Source of the DNA: Candidatus Omnitrophota bacterium
GTDB taxonomy: Bacteria > Omnitrophota > Omnitrophia > Omnitrophales > Aquincolibacteriaceae
DNA: 17,029 bases
Direction: 5' to 3'
Assembly (NCBI GenBank): GCA_043803685.1
Contig: JAZDJU010000101.1
Span: forward strand, 1 to 17,029
Shown here: in pieces, positions 15,101 through 17,029 of the stretch
Layout: every line of letters starts with the position of its first letter
Position numbering within the stretch: the first letter of the stretch is position 1
Translations under genes and position numbers: made by a program
Notes under the pieces: model-generated
The model's database searches: none
The model's input: only the letters and a program-made list of their open reading frames with translations
Told to the model about the DNA's origin: nothing

Positions 15101-17029
15101 CTCAGGTTCGTGTACGCGGGAACTCCGGCCACGGCCGGTGCTGTCACTTGCCATTGTTGAAGCGAAAAGTTATCAAATGAATGTCCGAAATTTCCGGATC
15201 CGGAATAGATCCCGACCCGTCCACCCGAAAACGTCGAATCATGGGCCTGCAACACTAAACTTCCGCTAATATAAAGCTCCAAACGCGCGTTGGACCTTCT
15301 CAACTTGATCTCCCGGTACACCCAATTAGAAATTGCGGGAGCTACGGCTTCTGCCAACACCGTGCTCACTCCGTTCTGAACTTTGATGATCCGGTACTTC
15401 CCGTCGACACGCGAGTACTGCCCATAATAATAATTCCCGATGTCCTGATAATCCGCGATCAACCCACGATCCATGTCTCCTGCAGGAGAACTCCGAAACT
15501 CAAAATCCGCTTTCACCTCGTAATCTGTGGAAACCAAAGGATTTTTCATGATCACCATACCACTGGTCACATTTGTCGCCGCATCGTGCCAAAGCTGTTG
15601 ATTCTCGATCCTGAATGTCCCGGACACGACCTGCCATTGAGTCCCTATGTCTACTGAAAACGCGCGGTTAAAATCATCCGTGACTTTCACCACCTGGGTC
15701 GCAGGCACGTACTGCACATGAAAATCAACCACCGTCTGGTTCCCCGCCGCGTCCGTCTCCGTGATCCTCAACACATTATCCCCTGCCGCGAGAGTCTCGT
15801 TCCGGGACTTCGTGACGCCATCCACCGTATAACTCAAAACATAACTCGAGGCGCTCGATACCGCCGCCGACGTCACCGCCACCGCGGGCGCGATCGTGTC
15901 GAGCACGATCCACGCCGAATATACGGGGCTCACGTTCCCCGCCGCATCGTAAAATTTCGCGTAGACGGGCTTCGCCCCGTCCCCCTGAGCAAGGGTGTAA
16001 CTCTTGGTCGCCGCATAAGGCTCGGCAGGGGTCCAGGTCACGCTATCATTGGAAAAACTCATCGTGCTCGCGCCGACCCCCGAAAGATTTAAGGTTACGG
16101 CTGTTGACGAAGCGTAACCGCTCCCGGAGTTAATATTGATGGAACCGGTCGGTACGATCGTGTCGAGAGTGATCGTGGTCTGAACCGGCGAACTCGCAAC
16201 GCCCGAGGCGTCTTTGGTAAAGATCGATAACACATTCATGCCCACGGTCAATGCATAGGCAGGCACGGACCAGGTCGTCAGGGCATCCAGCGGAACCATT
16301 TCCACGCCATTGATCCATAGCGACGATTGAGAAGGCTTCGTTCCCGAAAGTGGATAGGCACTCAGGTTCGTCAACGCATAAAGTGGCGACACCGTCGGTT
16401 CGCCGGAGGGCATCACCGCCACCACTTCATCGGAATAACCGCTTTCACTCTGGGCGTAATAGGCCGTCGCGGCGAACCAGTAAGTGACTCCCGCCGTGAA
16501 ACCGCTGAGATCTGCCGTCGTAACGTTTCCGACATCTTTGGAATCGGTGTAATTTCGTGAACCGTTCGTGCCCCAGTATATTTTGTACCCGGCAACCGGA
16601 GGGGGATTCGCAGTCCACGCGAACCCGAGCTTGACGGCATGCGCGGATACGGGGAGGATCGCATTCAAAAAGATCAACCCCCAGGCCAACATACCGGCAA
16701 AGAAGGCTTTGAAACCTCCGCGCGCGATGCTTCCCTGCGCTCTTATCTCAGACCGGTTACCGGCGGAAGAACCTACCCTGAGCAAAAAACTTACTGGGGG
16801 CGACGCGACACGAACCGCTTTTCCTTCCGGATGTGGCCGCAGGCCCGCGGAAAAACTCCCGAGGACTTCGCGAACGGCCGCGCCAAGCCAGGCCGCCGCG
16901 CGCGGATCGTATTGTTTGAGTATCGCGAGCGGAATGCGGTCGACCCCGTAAGCCGGCACCGTCGAACCCTTTAAAATACCCGCATTTTTGAGCGTGATGT
17001 TATCCACATAATGTTGCCCGCTTTCGACC
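12130..17029 (-). CDS. C-terminal >=1632 aa of a giant multidomain protein (FN3, Ig-like repeats, three ConA/DUF1080-like beta-sandwich repeats); 5' end probably outside the window
   Basis: The frame stays open upstream of GTG 17007 to the window edge (VESGQHY-VDN). FN3 motif W..N...VAGYKIYWG...Y.....VGNVTT..LSG...G.TYWFAATAY; 3x LSGTK..S..W.NG repeats; 3x DRG(L/V)I.D.QD..NYYYGQYSR..KYRI repeats. Confidence 0.9.
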   Translation of the reverse strand, partial: VESGQHYVDNITLKNAGILKGSTVPAYGVDRIPLAILKQYDPRAAAWLGAAVREVLGSFSAGLRPHPEGKAVRVASPPVSFLLRVGSSAGNRSEIRAQGSIARGGFKAFFAGMLAWGLIFLNAILPVSAHAVKLGFAWTANPPPVAGYKIYWGTNGSRNYTDSKDVGNVTTADLSGFTAGVTYWFAATAYYAQSESGYSDEVVAVMPSGEPTVSPLYALTNLSAYPLSGTKPSQSSLWINGVEMVPLDALTTWSVPAYALTVGMNVLSIFTKDASGVASSPVQTTITLDTIVPTGSININSGSGYASSTAVTLNLSGVGASTMSFSNDSVTWTPAEPYAATKSYTLAQGDGAKPVYAKFYDAAGNVSPVYSAWIVLDTIAPAVAVTSAAVSSASSYVLSYTVDGVTKSRNETLAAGDNVLRITETDAAGNQTVVDFHVQYVPATQVVKVTDDFNRAFSVDIGTQWQVVSGTFRIENQQLWHDAATNVTSGMVIMKNPLVSTDYEVKADFEFRSSPAGDMDRGLIADYQDIGNYYYGQYSRVDGKYRIIKVQNGVSTVLAEAVAPAISNWVYREIKLRRSNARLELYISGSLVLQAHDSTFSGGRVGIYSGSGNFGHSFDNFSLQQWQVTAPAVAGVPAYTNLSSIPLSGTKSSNTSVWINGVQVVPLNALMTWSVPAYPLTEGVNGLSITARDTEGHESAPVQTSTTLQTPPPTSPTGSSGVTPDAALSAAGSAPATQTNTTAIPETPALDVLYRYDPSGRALTFTDSFNRTTGPGNYWQVMTGSFSTSVQTLFHDAGGSATALIVLTEPLVAATYEVKAAFEFTGKAADADRGVIADLQDSENYYYGQYSRASGKYRILLVRNGVRTVLAEVEAPEIPDGVFREIKIVKTGFHMDLYFDKALALQVEDATFSGGWVGVYSGSASHAIDDFSLVQWPLAAPVVAQAPFLTSQNFIELSGTKPAYSAIWNNGQEFISPDGSTTWAALFHLPVEGENPFSFTARDSYGVESFPFEGSVIRNSLAPVLAVTSPTVSETADYALRYTTLDGTEKARDVTLELGDNLLNITEPDASGSLSVLQYPVRYDLPTWVVTFTEAGLASDLEANWQAADGTLEVDTQTFVHEVSNTGADLAILQKPLESLNYDIMAEFQFLDSAAEDMDRGLIVDYQDIGNYYYGQYSRVDAKYRIIKVQNGVSTVLAEAAAPAIPDGVTREILLKRSSAQLELFFNGAQVLQAEDATFMGGWVGVYSGSASQTFDNFSLYQRVPVRSEMRTRTERFDRPGVTSRSAADLHRNDPVIAGRVMSSIPVAVAAERTLKPGLLLDLESLILGRLRAIDAQLARMPRLAQVMARLSYDRVLRGVFPERFEAKSLELQEHVIASVMKETSLSRQEVLHLAESLLATPAATEKTTHATIFIPIADGLSVSEQEDLFETAVREARSFPGKAVIFVTSEKMPAALFSKIESQSDGRVAVLDGVKDPVGFMAGLFDTGQKLSPQARKKVHGSVQKAAANAFGRSGTALRNMARHSLALAAPQVFEMPQGMIRQISQQFLFRGEGGVDPAAVYDAYLRYAIRIGGHTKAADIDERLRENLLIRDDLPGRPGITEISFTAQGLNRVVSFLKAIANARQIQISA

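Noticed and set aside
12301..16974. Multiple plus-strand ORFs over the giant gene (and those over the sugar transferase at 2279-3418)
   Set aside because: Antisense shadows typical of GC-rich coding DNA; no independent evidence.
16990..17029. GTG 17007 as the true start of the large ORF
   Set aside because: No RBS is visible and the frame remains open to the window edge, so the gene most likely begins further upstream.

Overview
Bacterial chromosomal window. The gene content (TPEP-type PEP-CTERM proteins, exosortase/EpsI, a very large multidomain ORF) suggests a PVC-group organism such as Omnitrophota; this is an inference only. Left to right: 5' part of prfB (RF2, minus strand, intact +1 programmed frameshift); two small membrane-protein genes and an excisionase-like HTH gene; tRNA-His(GUG) preceded by a duplicate of its own 5' end; a WcaJ-type priming glycosyltransferase divergent from four PEP-CTERM genes, exosortase and EpsI; two type II toxin-antitoxin pairs bracketed by a palindromic repeat; an HTH+REC regulator bracketed by two nested palindromic elements; and the 3' part of a giant ORF running off the right edge. 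The two most striking observations both point to polyprotein-like organisation of secreted proteins. (1) ORF 6030-7082 is two complete signal peptide/domain/PEP-CTERM units in one reading frame. (2) The giant ORF holds a ~1170-aa extracellular module with its own internal signal peptide, bracketed by RSE[I/M]R motifs. Also notable is a 78-bp CACTG...CAGTG element found twice at the same CG position of REP-like palindromes.
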